A stretch of DNA of 63,686 nt, filler included, from Octopus bimaculoides (taxonomy: Eukaryota), in the NCBI RefSeq assembly GCF_001194135.2. It is 7 parts of 7 records of this genome, joined end to end, with 100 filler letters (N's around TTAATTAATTAA, not from the genome) between each part and the next. Parts side by side here need not be neighbours in the genome. Positions count along the whole stretch, not along the records: positions 24,281 to 29,244 come from NW_026302433.1; positions 29,345 to 39,495 come from NC_069006.1; 5 more parts are not named here. One strand, written 5' to 3'. This document shows positions 26,470 through 38,050 of the stretch, piece after piece. The translations under genes were made by a program, and so were the position numbers. Positions within the stretch are counted from its first letter, which is position 1, and each line of letters begins with the position of its first letter. The notes under the pieces are model-generated. The model was not told where the DNA came from. It ran no database searches and was given only the letters and a program-made list of their open reading frames with translations.

Positions 26470-26665
26470 TTGACTGCGGCCATGCCGGAGCACCGCCAAT
26501 TGGTCAAACAAATCGACCCCAGGATTTATTCTTTGTAAGCCTAGTACTTACTTTGTCCTTCTCTTTTGCCGAAGCGCTCAGTTACGGGTTCGTAAACACA
26601 CCAGCATCGGTTTTCAAGCGCTGGATAGGATCAAATACAGACACACAAATACATACAAATACATG

Positions 26666-26706
<41 letters not shown>

Positions 26707-26862
26707 CGGGATTCTTTCAGTTTCCATCTACCAAATCCACCCACAAGGCTTTGGTCGGCCCGAGGCTATAGTAGAAGACACTTGCCCAAGGTGCCACGCA
26801 GTGGGACTGAACCCGGAACCATGTGTTTGGGAGGCAAGCTTCATACCACACAGCCACGCCCG
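26470..26862 (-). mobile_element. SINE family B copy
   Basis: Both modules plus internal (TA)n. Confidence 0.9.
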
Positions 26863-26912
26863 TTCAAGTTTTTTTTTTAGGAGAGGATGGGAGTAGGAAA
26901 TAAGACTTACTC

Positions 26913-26954
<42 letters not shown>

Positions 26955-27229
26955 ACAATAACATCACCAGGCGGCTGTAATAACAGCAAGTTATTACAGG
27001 GGAGGGGGAAGGGAAAGTAGCTGTAAACCGGATGTTATGATGTGTTGGTAACTAACCTCATGCATTTCTATGAAGTGGTTTTGTATTTTTTTATTTCTTC
27101 ATTCGGCTCAGAAAACTTCGCAGTTAAAACAATCATTATTTATTCAAAAGTTTAATTCTGGAAATGGGAAAATTATGGCGTTGGGCAGACAAATCTGCAT
27201 GTAACATAAAACCTGGCTTCATGCACACA

Positions 27230-27460
27230 AAACACGGCTGACTGGATATTGAACCTGTTTTGGTGACGTTTAAAAAAAAAATTTTCGTGGCAGTTTTTTG
27301 TCCCTTAGAAGAAATTGCCTCATATATCAACTTTCACAAGGAAAGAAATTGACTGTAGCTTCGAAGTTTTGGCTTACACACCTTCATCAGACTGTGCTTA
27401 ACGTGGATATTTTGGGGCATTATATAACCTTTGGCAAGTTGGTTGATTTGCGCGGTGGAT
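27230..27460 (+). pseudogene. Possible decayed class-A GPCR TM3-TM4 fragment
   Basis: One frame with stops: G*LDIEPVLVTFKKKIFVAVFCPL...LCLTWIFWGII*PL, resembling T.(D/E)RF.AV..PL and the TM4 W...P pattern. Loop spacing is longer than typical. Confidence 0.25.
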
Positions 27461-27713
27461 TGATGTGAATGATAATTAGGTGTGGTGTATCTTTCGATAA
27501 ATAGATAAAAAAAAAACGAAAAGGAAAAGAGACTATTGATGTAAAGGTTTTGAGTTACCATTTGTCAAGTTTCAAAAATATTAACAAATCCAGTTCGTTT
27601 TACTGCTATATAAACATTTCTAGAACACATGTTTCTATCACAAGTGTGATTTTGTAATAANNNNNNNNNNNNNNNNNNNNNNNNNNNNNNNNNNNNNNNN
27701 NNNNNNNNNNNNN

Positions 27714-27850
27714 CTTTGCCTTTCATCCTTTTAGGGTCGATAAATTAAGTACCAGTTACGCACTGGGGTCGATGTAATCGACTTAATCCCTTTGTCTGTC
27801 CTTGTTTGTCCCCTCTATGTTTAGCCCCTTGTGGGCAATAAAGAAATAAG
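27714..27850 (+). mobile_element. SINE with family-A core but a different 3' tail
   Basis: CTTTCATCCTTTTAGGGTCGATAAATTAAGTACCAG..GTAATCGACT followed by GTCCCCTCTATGTTTAGCCCCTTGTGGGCAATAAAGAAATAAG. Confidence 0.75.
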
Positions 27851-27861
27851 TGTGATTTTGT

Positions 27862-28003
27862 AATAACAAGCTTGTTTCCTAACCACTGATATTCTGGGTT
27901 CAGTTCCACTGCGCGGACACCTTGGGCCGACCAAAACCTTGAGAGTGAGTACATGTGGTAGACCAAAACTAAAAGGAGCCCGTCGTATATATGTACACGC
28001 ACG

Positions 28004-28035
<32 letters not shown>
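27862..28035 (+). mobile_element. SINE family B 5' half with internal deletion
   Basis: GGGTTCAGTTCCACTGCG..CCTTGGGCCGACCAAAACCTTG..GCCCGTCGTATAT, then (CA)n. Confidence 0.75.
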
Positions 28036-28039
28036 TCCA

Positions 28040-28248
28040 CATATATATAGTTGGAATTTACAGAAAAACAGAAGACGAGGACAGGTGTATAAACAACAAA
28101 CTGGTGTATTAATTTGACGCTCTGGTAAGTGAGAAAGTCTTTTACGTTTCGAGCCTACGCTCTTTAACGAAAGGAATACGAGAAAATAAACAGAGAGAGA
28201 ATGAAAAAAACTTGTAGATTTAGTGAACCAGCATGGCGAATATATATA
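28040..28248 (-). mobile_element. Penelope-like terminal repeat, copy 1, with degenerate hammerhead-like motif
   Basis: About 200 bp homologous to 28810-29005. Reverse strand reads CUUU-CGUUAAA-GAGC(GUAG)GCUC-GAAACGU-A-AAAG. Confidence 0.6.
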
Positions 28249-28749
28249 NNNNNNNNNNNNNNNNNNNNNNNNNNNNNNNNNNNNNNNNNNNNNNNNNNNN
28301 NNNNNNNNNNNNNNNNNNNNNNNNNNNNNNNNNNNNNNNNNNNNNNNNNNNNNNNNNNNNNNNNNNNNNNNNNNNNNNNNNNNNNNNNNNNNNNNNNNNN
28401 NNNNNNNNNNNNNNNNNNNNNNNNNNNNNNNNNNNNNNNNNNNNNNNNNNNNNNNNNNNNNNNNNNNNNNNNNNNNNNNNNNNNNNNNNNNNNNNNNNNN
28501 NNNNNNNNNNNNNNNNNNNNNNNNNNNNNNNNNNNNNNNNNNNNNNNNNNNNNNNNNNNNNNNNNNNNNNNNNNTATATATATATATATATATATATATG
28601 GCTCAAACGTGATCTTGATCTCTGGGTCACCGAGATCCCGGATGACCCAATATCTAGGCAGGAAACTCAAAAGAAGGCAGTAACATCGAGCTCCATCCTT
28701 CACCAAAAGCCGCTACTGCAAAGGTAGAGAGTGGAAAGATGATCACAAT

Positions 28750-28809
28750 GGCGGTGCTCCAGCATGGCCACAGTCATTGAACTGAAACATATAAAAGAAT
28801 AAAAGAATA
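28750..28809 (+). mobile_element. SINE family B tail fragment
   Basis: GGCGGTGCTCCAGCATGGCCACAGTCATTGAACTGAAACATATAAAAGAATAAAAGAAT. Confidence 0.8.
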
Positions 28810-29244
28810 TAGTGAGAATTTACAGAAAAACAAAAGACGAAGACGGGTGTGTGAACAATAAACAGATGTATTAGTTTAACGCTCGGGAAATGAGAAAGTC
28901 TTTTACGTTTCGAGCCTAAGCTCTTCGACAGAAAGGGACACAGAAATAAACAGGGAGAGAAAATAGAAAGAGGTATAGTGGTTAGCGATCTATCATGGCG
29001 AATGCCGGACAGAGAGATCACACAGGAGAGCTAGGAAGAAGGGGGTGATAATAAAGTAATCCCAAAACGAAGATGCGTGTGCGTGTGTATGTGAGAGCGT
29101 ATATGTGAGAGCGTGTATGTGCGTGAGCGTGCGTTTGGCAGGGGGCTGATGACATTGATGTGTGCGTGTGTGCATGTGTAGGTGTGTGGATGATGGTGTA
29201 AGTGCTTAGAAGTGGTCAGTGCTAGTGTGTGCGCTGGTGTGGGT
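28810..29244 (-). mobile_element. Penelope-like terminal repeat, copy 2, with minimal hammerhead-like motif at 28900-28935
   Basis: Reverse strand reads CUUU-CUGUCGA-A-GAGC(UUAG)GCUC-GAA-ACGU-A-AAAG. Confidence 0.65.
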
Positions 29245-30207
29245 NNNNNNNNNNNNNNNNNNNNNNNNNNNNNNNNNNNNNNNNNNNNTTAATTAATTAA
29301 NNNNNNNNNNNNNNNNNNNNNNNNNNNNNNNNNNNNNNNNNNNNGTGCGTGCGTGCGTGTGTGTGTAGGACATGCCTAAAAAAACACACGCATATACGCT
29401 TTGTAATTTGTATATACATCCAAACGCATTCACCTAAATACGTGTGTGTGTGTGAAGGTGGGTATGCTTGTATTTGAATAAATGTGTGTGTATATACGTG
29501 TGTGTGTGTGTGTGTGTGTGTGTATGTCCACTTCTTTAACCTTTTATCGATATATTTGGAATTATGAACTTATATAGAGTACTGTAAATTATGTATGTGC
29601 GTATGTGTATATATATATATACATATAATAAATATATATAAATGTAAGTATTACGTATGTATGCATATATATATATATATACTTATATGTATATGAATAT
29701 AAGTACATGTGCATATGTATGCACATATATAAGTGTTAATGTATATATGTGTAACACACACTCTCACACACACATATGTGCACTTCCACATACATAGAGA
29801 CACACCTGCGCGTGGCTTTGTGGAAGTTGTTGTGCGTGAATATAGGTGTGTTTCCAAATAGAGAAGTGTTCTTTACGTCACTTAGCATTAAGAACATCAC
29901 AGAACATCCCATTTAAATTGCATTATTGTATGCTGTGCGTGGAGGGTGGATATGAATGTGTGTATTCATGCATACACACATACATACATACATACATACA
30001 TACATACATACATACATACATACATACATAAAAAGATAGAAAGGCATGCGGATATAGAAACAAAGTATAACGAAAATATTTCCTGGTATAAAGCATTTCA
30101 ACAGAGAGCTCAGTCTATATAAAAATATATACATTTCTAATGTGATAATGTATTAATATAGAATGATGGCTAAAGTGACATTTTATACACGAAACAAAAT
30201 ACTAATT

Positions 30208-30372
30208 GTGACTGCGTGGTTGCAGGTTCAGTCCCACTGTGTGACGCCTTGGACAAGTTGTCTTCTAGCATAGCCCCAGACTGATCAATGCTTTGTGAAT
30301 GAGCTTGTTATGTGGAAACCCGTTTTGTATGTATGTATGTATGTGTTTGTGTGTGTGTGTCTGTGTGTCTGT
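30208..30372 (+). mobile_element. Degenerate SINE family B 5' half
   Basis: GGTTCAGTCCCACTGTGTGACGCCTTGGACAAGTTGTCTTCTAGCATAGCC. Confidence 0.7.
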
Positions 30373-32773
30373 GTGTGTGTGTGTTAGGAGAGAATAGACG
30401 CACAGGCTGGCTGACAATATATACATACGTATCAGCAGTCAATAGACCAATAGACAAACAGAGGACATTTTTTTTAAATCTTGCAGACGGACATTGTAAG
30501 CAAGCAGACGAAACATTCAATGCTGGCAGGCGATCCAAGTAAACGGGTGGCAAGCAAAAGCAAAAAAAGAAAAAGGAAAGAAAAATATGAAAGAAAAAGA
30601 AAGCAAATAAAAAAACATCAAACCACAATCGAACAGAGCGAATTGATGAACTGAAAGATGGNNNNNNNNNNNNNNNNNNNNNNNNNNNNNNNNNNNNNNN
30701 NNNNNNNNNNNNNNNNNNNNNNNNNNNNNNNNNNNNNNNNNNNNNNNNNNNNNNNNNNNNNNNNNNNNNNNNNNNNNNNNNNNNNNNNNNNNNNNNNNNN
30801 NNNNNNNNNNNNNNNNNNNNNNNNNNNNNNNNNNNNNNNNNNNNNNNNNNNNNNNNNNNNNNNNNNNNNNNNNNNNNNNNNNNNNNNNNNNNNNNNNNNN
30901 NNNNNNNNNNNNNNNNNNNNNNNNNNNNNNNNNNNNNNNNNNNNNNNNNNNNNNNNNNNNNNNNNNNNNNNNNNNNNNNNNNNNNNNNNNNNNNNNNNNN
31001 NNNNNNNNNNNNNATATATATATATATATATATATAATATATATATATGTATGTATATATATGTATATATATATATATACATACATACACACCCATACGT
31101 GCATGCGTACGTAGACACATAAATCCATCCATTTATCCATCTATCAGGCCATACGTTCACTCAACTATGTATACATATGTATGTAAATCTACATAAATAC
31201 ACACATACAAACCTACATATATATACGCACATGCGCGTGCCTCTCTGTGTGTGTGTGTGTGTGTGTGTGTATACGAAGAATGAAATAAATAAGAATATGG
31301 TGGGGATAGGAAATGCTGGATGTGTTGAAGATGTTGATAGAAGCAGCGGTAGAAGTATTGGCGGTGTTAGTGTCAGTGGTAGTATATGTGGTCATACGGT
31401 TGTAGTTTATGTGGTAGTAGCAATGGCGATGATGTTTCTTCCGGGTGGTGAGAGCAGTGGTTATGTTTAGCTTAGTGGGATGGGGCCACTGGTGGTGGTG
31501 GTGGTGGTGGTGGTGTTGGTGGTGATATTGATAGTGATAGAGGTGGTGTTGGTGTTGGTAGTGGTTGTGGTGGTGATGGTGGTGGTGGTGGTAGTGTTAA
31601 AAGTGGTAGCGATGGTAAGGGTGATGTAGTGATAAGGGTAATGATGAGGATGATGATGGTGGTGGAAGTGGTGAGGGCAGTGGTGGCGGTGGGGTTGATG
31701 ATGGGGCGGGGTGAAGAGGCGAGAAAACGTGGAAATATGATCGAATCGAGGATGTAATATGTATTTCTCTTGAAAATAATGATAATAAAACTAAGATACC
31801 AGCAAAATGCGGACTAAACATACAAATATGTGTGTGTGTACGAAACAGACGTTAAGACGAAACATATAGATTTACACACGCAATCGGACGCGTACTCTAT
31901 TGTAGAAACAGCTGTAAGCTAATGAAGTTCATAAGATAGTCGTTTGTTCCTTTGTCATCTCTTTTCTCATATATATGTATGTATGTATGTATATATATAT
32001 ATATATGTGTGTGTATATGTATGTATGTATGTATGTATGTATGCATGCATGTATATTCAAATGCCGGCTGGATCGATTAAATATGCATGGTGGCATGTGC
32101 ATTTAAACAAGATATAAATTCTCTGAACAATCTTAAACTAAGCTTCTCGAAATACTAAAATTGTGATAAATTTATTCTGAATAGCAAAAAAAAAAAAAAA
32201 AAAAAAGCTTCAGAGTTAAAACAAAAAAAAAACAAAAAAATCACCCGCCGACATTCGTTTCTCTCTTTCGTTGTCTTGTTGTTGTCGCTGTCATTGTTGT
32301 TGTTGTTGCCATTGCTGTTTTTGTTGTTGCTGCTGCGGTCATCGTCGCCGTCGACGTGGTTGCTGCTGCTGATGCAGTCCTTGTCGTCATCGTCGTCGTT
32401 GTTGTTGTTGTTCTTCTTCTTCTCCACCTCCTCTTCCCCCTACCCTTCTTTTCACTCTAGCACTTCCCACCCCTATCACCATCTGTTAATGATTAATGAT
32501 TGACCAAAGAACAGATCTTGTCTAAAGGAGGAAAAGACTTATTGTCTTTATCGTTTGTTTTTTGTAATTTTCTGATTGTCTAGAGTAATGCAACATGTTG
32601 CATCACATGAGTGATGATGCAACATGCCATGTAGAAGCTGTAATTTTATTTTACTAAACTTTTTTTAAAGCTTAGTTAGGGGAGGAACGGTTGTTCGCCT
32701 GATTCTCGTTTACAACCTCTAAGACGGTCCAGTTTTCGAGAACCATGATGGGAAGTCAAGATACTTTCACACG

Positions 32774-32958
32774 CCTGACAACCGGTGCAGGTGTGTTTAT
32801 GTTCCCGTAACTTAGCGGCTCTGCAAAAGAGGTCGATAGAATAAGTACCGGGTTTTACAAAGCGATATCAAACACTGGGGTCGATTCCTTCCAACTAAAA
32901 TATTCCAAGGCAGTGCTCCAGCATGGCGCTGTCTAATGACTGAAAGAAGAAAAAGATA
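32774..32958 (+). mobile_element. SINE family B 3' half
   Basis: TGACAACCGGTGCAGGTGTGTTTATGTTCCCGTAACTTAGCGG..GATAGAATAAGTACC..CAGCATGGC..ATGACTGAAAG. Confidence 0.85.
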
Positions 32959-33209
32959 ACATATATAAAAGATATTCGAAGTAATTAATTAATCAGCTAA
33001 TTAATCTAATTAAAGTACTGTCTGTCATTCAGCTCACTTTGATTCACTGCGATGGCATCACTTTTTTATCTTTGGAGCCGACGAGAGCGAAACGTCTTCA
33101 CACCAGATCGACCAATGGTAACAACGCAACGCAATCGGCTTCACAGGACTCGATCAATCCACTTCGATCCCTGCTACTTCAGATGATCGCTTGCTTTAAC
33201 CGCCACATA

Positions 33210-33251
33210 CTACTACTATTACTACTACTACTACTGCTGCTACTGCTGCTG

Positions 33252-33292
<41 letters not shown>

Positions 33293-33406
33293 GCTACTGC
33301 TACTACTACTACTACTACTACTACTATTATTAGTACTACGACTACTACTGCTACCGTTACTTTACTACTACTACTGCTGCTGCTGCTGCTACTGCCACTG
33401 CTACTG

Positions 33407-33443
<37 letters not shown>

Positions 33444-33715
33444 CACTACTACTACTACACTGTCTGTTGTTGCTGTTGCAACAACAATGCCCTTAACATC
33501 CTCGGCACCAACACTATCACTGCTACTGTAACGATGGTCACAACGACAACCGCTACAACGATGACCACCACCACGACCAATGGCAACATCACCACCACCA
33601 GCACCAACAGCAGTCACCAACATCACAAGCAGTAGTCACCTCCACCACCATCACCACCACCACCACCACCATCACCACCACTACAACCAATTACAACAAC
33701 AACAACCACTGTTGC
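33210..33715. repeat. (CTA/CTG)n then (CAC/CAA)n trinucleotide arrays
   Basis: Direct inspection; explains the poly-Leu/Tyr/Thr/His ORFs. Confidence 0.95.
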
Positions 33716-34149
33716 TACAGCCAAAACTACACTCGCTAATATTCCGACGCAAGGGGACTTCTAGGTGGTCTTTCGATCGGCTAGAAATAACGACTAGATT
33801 TTCCTTATGTCCCACTAAATGCGAAGGTCACAATAAATAATGCGTGGAAGAGAAAAGAGACGAAAAGAAAATAAATAAATAAATAAATAAAAACATACAG
33901 TTGGTCAAAGCTGGAACGTCTTTGATCACAGATCTGTAGGATGAAGCCTGATGAAGCTTGACCCAGGGCTAAAGAGCAATAACAACACGCACTCAATTGC
34001 GAAGATAACACTACCACCTTCACTACAACACTCTACCCATGCTACCGTCACAACGGTGAAACTACCACCTTTACTGCACCAAAGTACGTGTACTGGCACC
34101 ACGACAGTCAACATTGATAACTATAAGATCAGTGAGAGGGGAAAGAGTA

Positions 34150-34769
34150 TGAGAATAACAGAGAGGGGAGGAGGAGAGATTGGGGGAGAAGAGAGAGAGA
34201 GAGAGAGAAGTGAAAGAGAGGAGAGAGAGAGAGAGGAGAAAAAGAGGAGACAGACAGTAGGCAGAGAAAGAGAGACACGGAGAGAGAAAGAGAGACAGAA
34301 AGAAATAGACAGACATAGAAAGACTAACAGACATCCAGACAAATCCAACTAGTTGGACTGACATACAGAGAGACAGACAGACGGATTGTGAGAGAGGCAG
34401 ACAGAGAAAGAGAGAGAGAGACAGAGATAGACAGATGGCCAAAGATACAGTGAAAGAAAGAGGGAGAGAGAGAGAGAGAGAGAGACAGAGATACAGACAG
34501 ACAGTGAGAGAGACAGACAGAGATAGAAAAACACATTGCCAAAGATACAGTGAAAGAGAGAGAGACAGACAGACAGAGACAGACAGACAGACAGTGAGAG
34601 AGACAGACAAGCAGAAAGACAGAGAAAAGAGAGAGAGAAAGAGTGAGAGATGTTTGATGTTAATAAAGTCATTGATATAATAGAGAGAGGAGGAGAGAGA
34701 GTGAGATATGAAAAGGATATATCCAGGCGGATAGAGAATGATATAGAGAGAAAGAGGCAGATGGATTAG

Positions 34770-34806
<37 letters not shown>

Positions 34807-35111
34807 GTAAATATGTGTAACAGAGAGAGTGTGAGGGGAAGAAAAAGAGTGAAGTATAGAAGGAAGGAAAAGAGAGATTAAAGTAGGGTCAAGATAAGCA
34901 GATAGACAGAATAAAACAGAGAAAGACGAAGGGAGAGAGAGAGAGACAGGAAGAGAGAGATTAAATAATTGTGAGAGAGGGAGTAAGACAAGGAGAGATA
35001 GCCAAGCAAAATAGATAGAGAGAGAGAGAGAGTGGAAGAGAGAGTGAGAGAGAGAGAGTGGAAGAGAGAGAGAGAGAGAGAGATTGTGTGTGTGCATGTG
35101 TATATATGTGT

Positions 35112-35143
<32 letters not shown>

Positions 35144-35336
35144 GAGAGACAGACAGACAAAGAGAGAGAGAGAGAGAGACAAAGAGAGAGACAGACAGAG
35201 AGAGAGACAGACAGAGAGAGAGAGAAACGGAGAAAGTCAATCAGAAAGAAAGAAAAGTGAAATGCAATTGGAAATAAACAGGTAAATAGAGACATGGATA
35301 AATAGAATGAGAGAAAAGAAGAGAAAAACAGAGAAC

Positions 35337-35365
<29 letters not shown>
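34150..35365. repeat. GA/GACA-rich low-complexity field with a local duplication
   Basis: GCCAAAGATACAGTGAAAGA occurs twice about 100 bp apart (34438 and 34538). Confidence 0.9.
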
Positions 35366-35368
<3 letters not shown>

Positions 35369-36389
35369 CTAATAGACAGAAGCCAGGTGAAGAAACCAGG
35401 AGAGTAACGAACATCGCCAACATCATCATCATCATCAACAGCGATATCCCGAACCACAACAACGACGACGAGGATGACAACAACTATAACGATAGAAGCC
35501 CCNNNNNNNNNNNNNNNNNNNNNNNNNNNNNNNNNNNNNNNNNNNNNNNNNNNNNNNNNNNNNNNNNNNNNNNNNNNNNNNNNNNNNNNNNNNNNNNNNN
35601 NNNNNNNNNNNNNNNNNNNNNNNNNNNNNNNNNNNNNNNNNNNNNNNNNNNNNNNNNNNNNNNNNNNNNNNNNNNNNNNNNNNNNNNNNNNNNNNNNNNN
35701 NNNNNNNNNNNNNNNNNNNNNNNNNNNNNNNNNNNNNNNNNNNNNNNNNNNNNNNNNNNNNNNNNNNNNNNNNNNNNNNNNNNNNTATATATATATGTAT
35801 ATGTGGGCATCTATGTATTGTATGTATGTACGTATGTACGTATGTATGTGTATGTATGTACGTGCGTGCGTATGTACATGTATCTGGATTGGTGAAGTTT
35901 GTGTTTACAAACGCGATAGAAAGTACTCGATAAATAAAGTAGAGCTGCTTGTTGGTTTTATTGAAAGCTGACTGGGGCTGTTTGAATCGTAATTCCGTGT
36001 TTCACGGTTCCGATTTTTCAAACGATTGATAAAGAGAAACAGCTTGACAATATATGAATAAAAATAATCTCAAACACCTCGTGATACATGTACACAAAAT
36101 TTTGACTGGTTGTCGAGAAAACCAATAGAAAATACTTTACACATTCATCTATTCAATTATGATGTAGAACACATATTTTCACCTTTTGCCGAGTAAAAAC
36201 ACGCGGTACTTACATGTCTACAGTATAAAACGCATAAACTCGTGATGCAGTTGTTGTTAATGAAGATTTTAGTGTTAGTGAACAAACAAACGTATTATTT
36301 ATTTATTCATTCGTTTATTTATATGCTCATCTTTTGAAATATAACAAATTCATTACATAGAGGTGGGGGAACTATTTTAGTTTGTTGGT

Positions 36390-37820
36390 AGTTGAAATTT
36401 TTCAGTAACTATCGATAGGAATGTCGAAAAGAATCCCATCCTTTGTTCTGATCCTTTGTTCCAAATCGTAGAATGCTGTAACAAAATGCTATACTTGGAA
36501 AAAAACATAGATAACACTTTTTGATCCATTAATGTAGTGAAACACGCTATTTGTAACGGACCAAGCGATTTTATTATTCATAACATCACCATCCTTTGAA
36601 ACCGCCAGTGAATTTGGAAAGTGAAGCGGTGAGACATAGTTGAGAATGTTTTTAATTAGAACCGAACGATTCTTTTTCTTTTCGTATTAGTAACAGTCAT
36701 CGTAGAGAAGAAGAGTTATAAAACATGATTACTTTGTAGGCATAAGATACAGTGGTAATGTTCTTAGAAGAAGATAAAGAAGGAGTACTATAGACGAGTT
36801 AGATTAAAACTAATCATGTACACCAGTATTCCAGTAAAACAAAGCTAATCGAACGTTAGACAGACACAATATTTCCGAACAAGAAGTAATATACCTTTAC
36901 TAAATAATAATGATTACGAAATACTTGCGGCCATTTTTGCAACAGCTGTTATTGTCAGTGCCATTATGTCATCAGATATTTACCCGGTTCTCGTTTCAGA
37001 CCAGTCATTTAAAATGAATTCTGGCGTCTGTAATGTGACAACATCTCACTTCTTCTGATTTACGTGTGCAGACTGAACGCTGAAAGTCGAAATGCCGACA
37101 GTTACAATAACGACAATCAAATAACGAAAGGACAAAACACCGTCAAGACAAAATGGCGACAAGTCGAAATACCAAAAGTGAAATTTTCGACATTCAATTA
37201 TCGGAAATTATTTTTATTTTTATTTTTCAGTAAAAGCAACACAAATTCGTTTAAATATAAAGCAATTTATTATATACAAAGTTGCTAAAAATTTCTATCT
37301 AGTAAAAATATTAAAAATTAAAACAATATACCAAAAAGAAAAAAAGTTGTCAAGAATAATCCGTTAATACAAAAATCGTCACTTTGTAAAGATTAAAATT
37401 TATCACCTTTTGTCGTTAGTGTTAAATCATTTGTAGCATTATTGCGCCTGTTTATTCGCTGAACACGGCCTGATAATGTGTTTATAGTACAAACGCACTG
37501 CATGAACTTAAAGATAGATCGTTCGTACAATTATTAAGTACGATACAGAACGCTCCATCTGATTGTATTTCGCATTCCTTTACGTTCTCAACTGATTTGA
37601 AAGTACATCTACGGATGCTCAGGTTTGGCAAATGTGAATGGTTATGAGGAATATTTTCAATTACGTTGCCACAAGCAACGAACTCTAGCTTTGCAGTTAG
37701 AGGGTTTCTCATATCTCCAATAAAAAAAGACCTTCTCGTTTTCTGCCGACACTATACAAATGTTCTTTAGGCAAAAATCTCTATCAGTTATAAATCCTAT
37801 TTTATAAACAAAAAGAGGTG
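36390..37820 (-). pseudogene. Decayed LRR-containing GPCR (RXFP/GRL101-like, LGR type C), last LRRs through TM7
   Basis: ORF 37482-37712 gives DMRNPLT..IENIP..HLPNLSI..CTFKSVENVKEC..QSDG (LRR plus hinge). Across frames it continues SLQSDD..GLFL (TM2), E.VLLL..EK*..FP (TM3), MAASI..FSKG (TM5) and IN..VIY..F (TM7/helix 8). Confidence 0.5.
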
Positions 37821-37914
37821 AAGAACACAACACACCGCACAGTAGGAACCGAAGCCATTATCGCGCACCTTTACCACAAGACCATACACCGCATTTATGT
37901 ATGTATGTATCATT

Positions 37915-38050
37915 GACTCCTTAAATTCCACGCCCTCAATAGATGAGGTAATGACAACAATAAGTAAATTGAATCTTGGTAGAGCACCTAGAAGGGATGG
38001 AATTTGTGCTGAGGTCTTGCGATTTGGTGGTGATTACATTATCGTTCACG
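37915..38050 (+). mobile_element. RTE/CR1-type LINE ORF2 fragment (start of RT region)
   Basis: PSIDEVMTTISKLNLGRAPRRDGICAEVLRFGG matches the P..EEV..AI..LK.GKAPG.DGI.AE.LK.GG motif. Confidence 0.8.

Noticed and set aside
33078-33096. CCGACGAGAGCGAAACGTC as a minimal hammerhead
   Set aside because: U4 is changed, stem II is 1 bp and stem I is 3 bp, and there is no repeat context; compatible with chance.
33039-33635. 198-aa poly-Leu/Tyr/Thr ORF as a membrane protein
   Set aside because: Trinucleotide array read-through.
33950-33985. CTGATGAAGC as a hammerhead core
   Set aside because: No downstream GAAA; it lies within a family-F repeat fragment.
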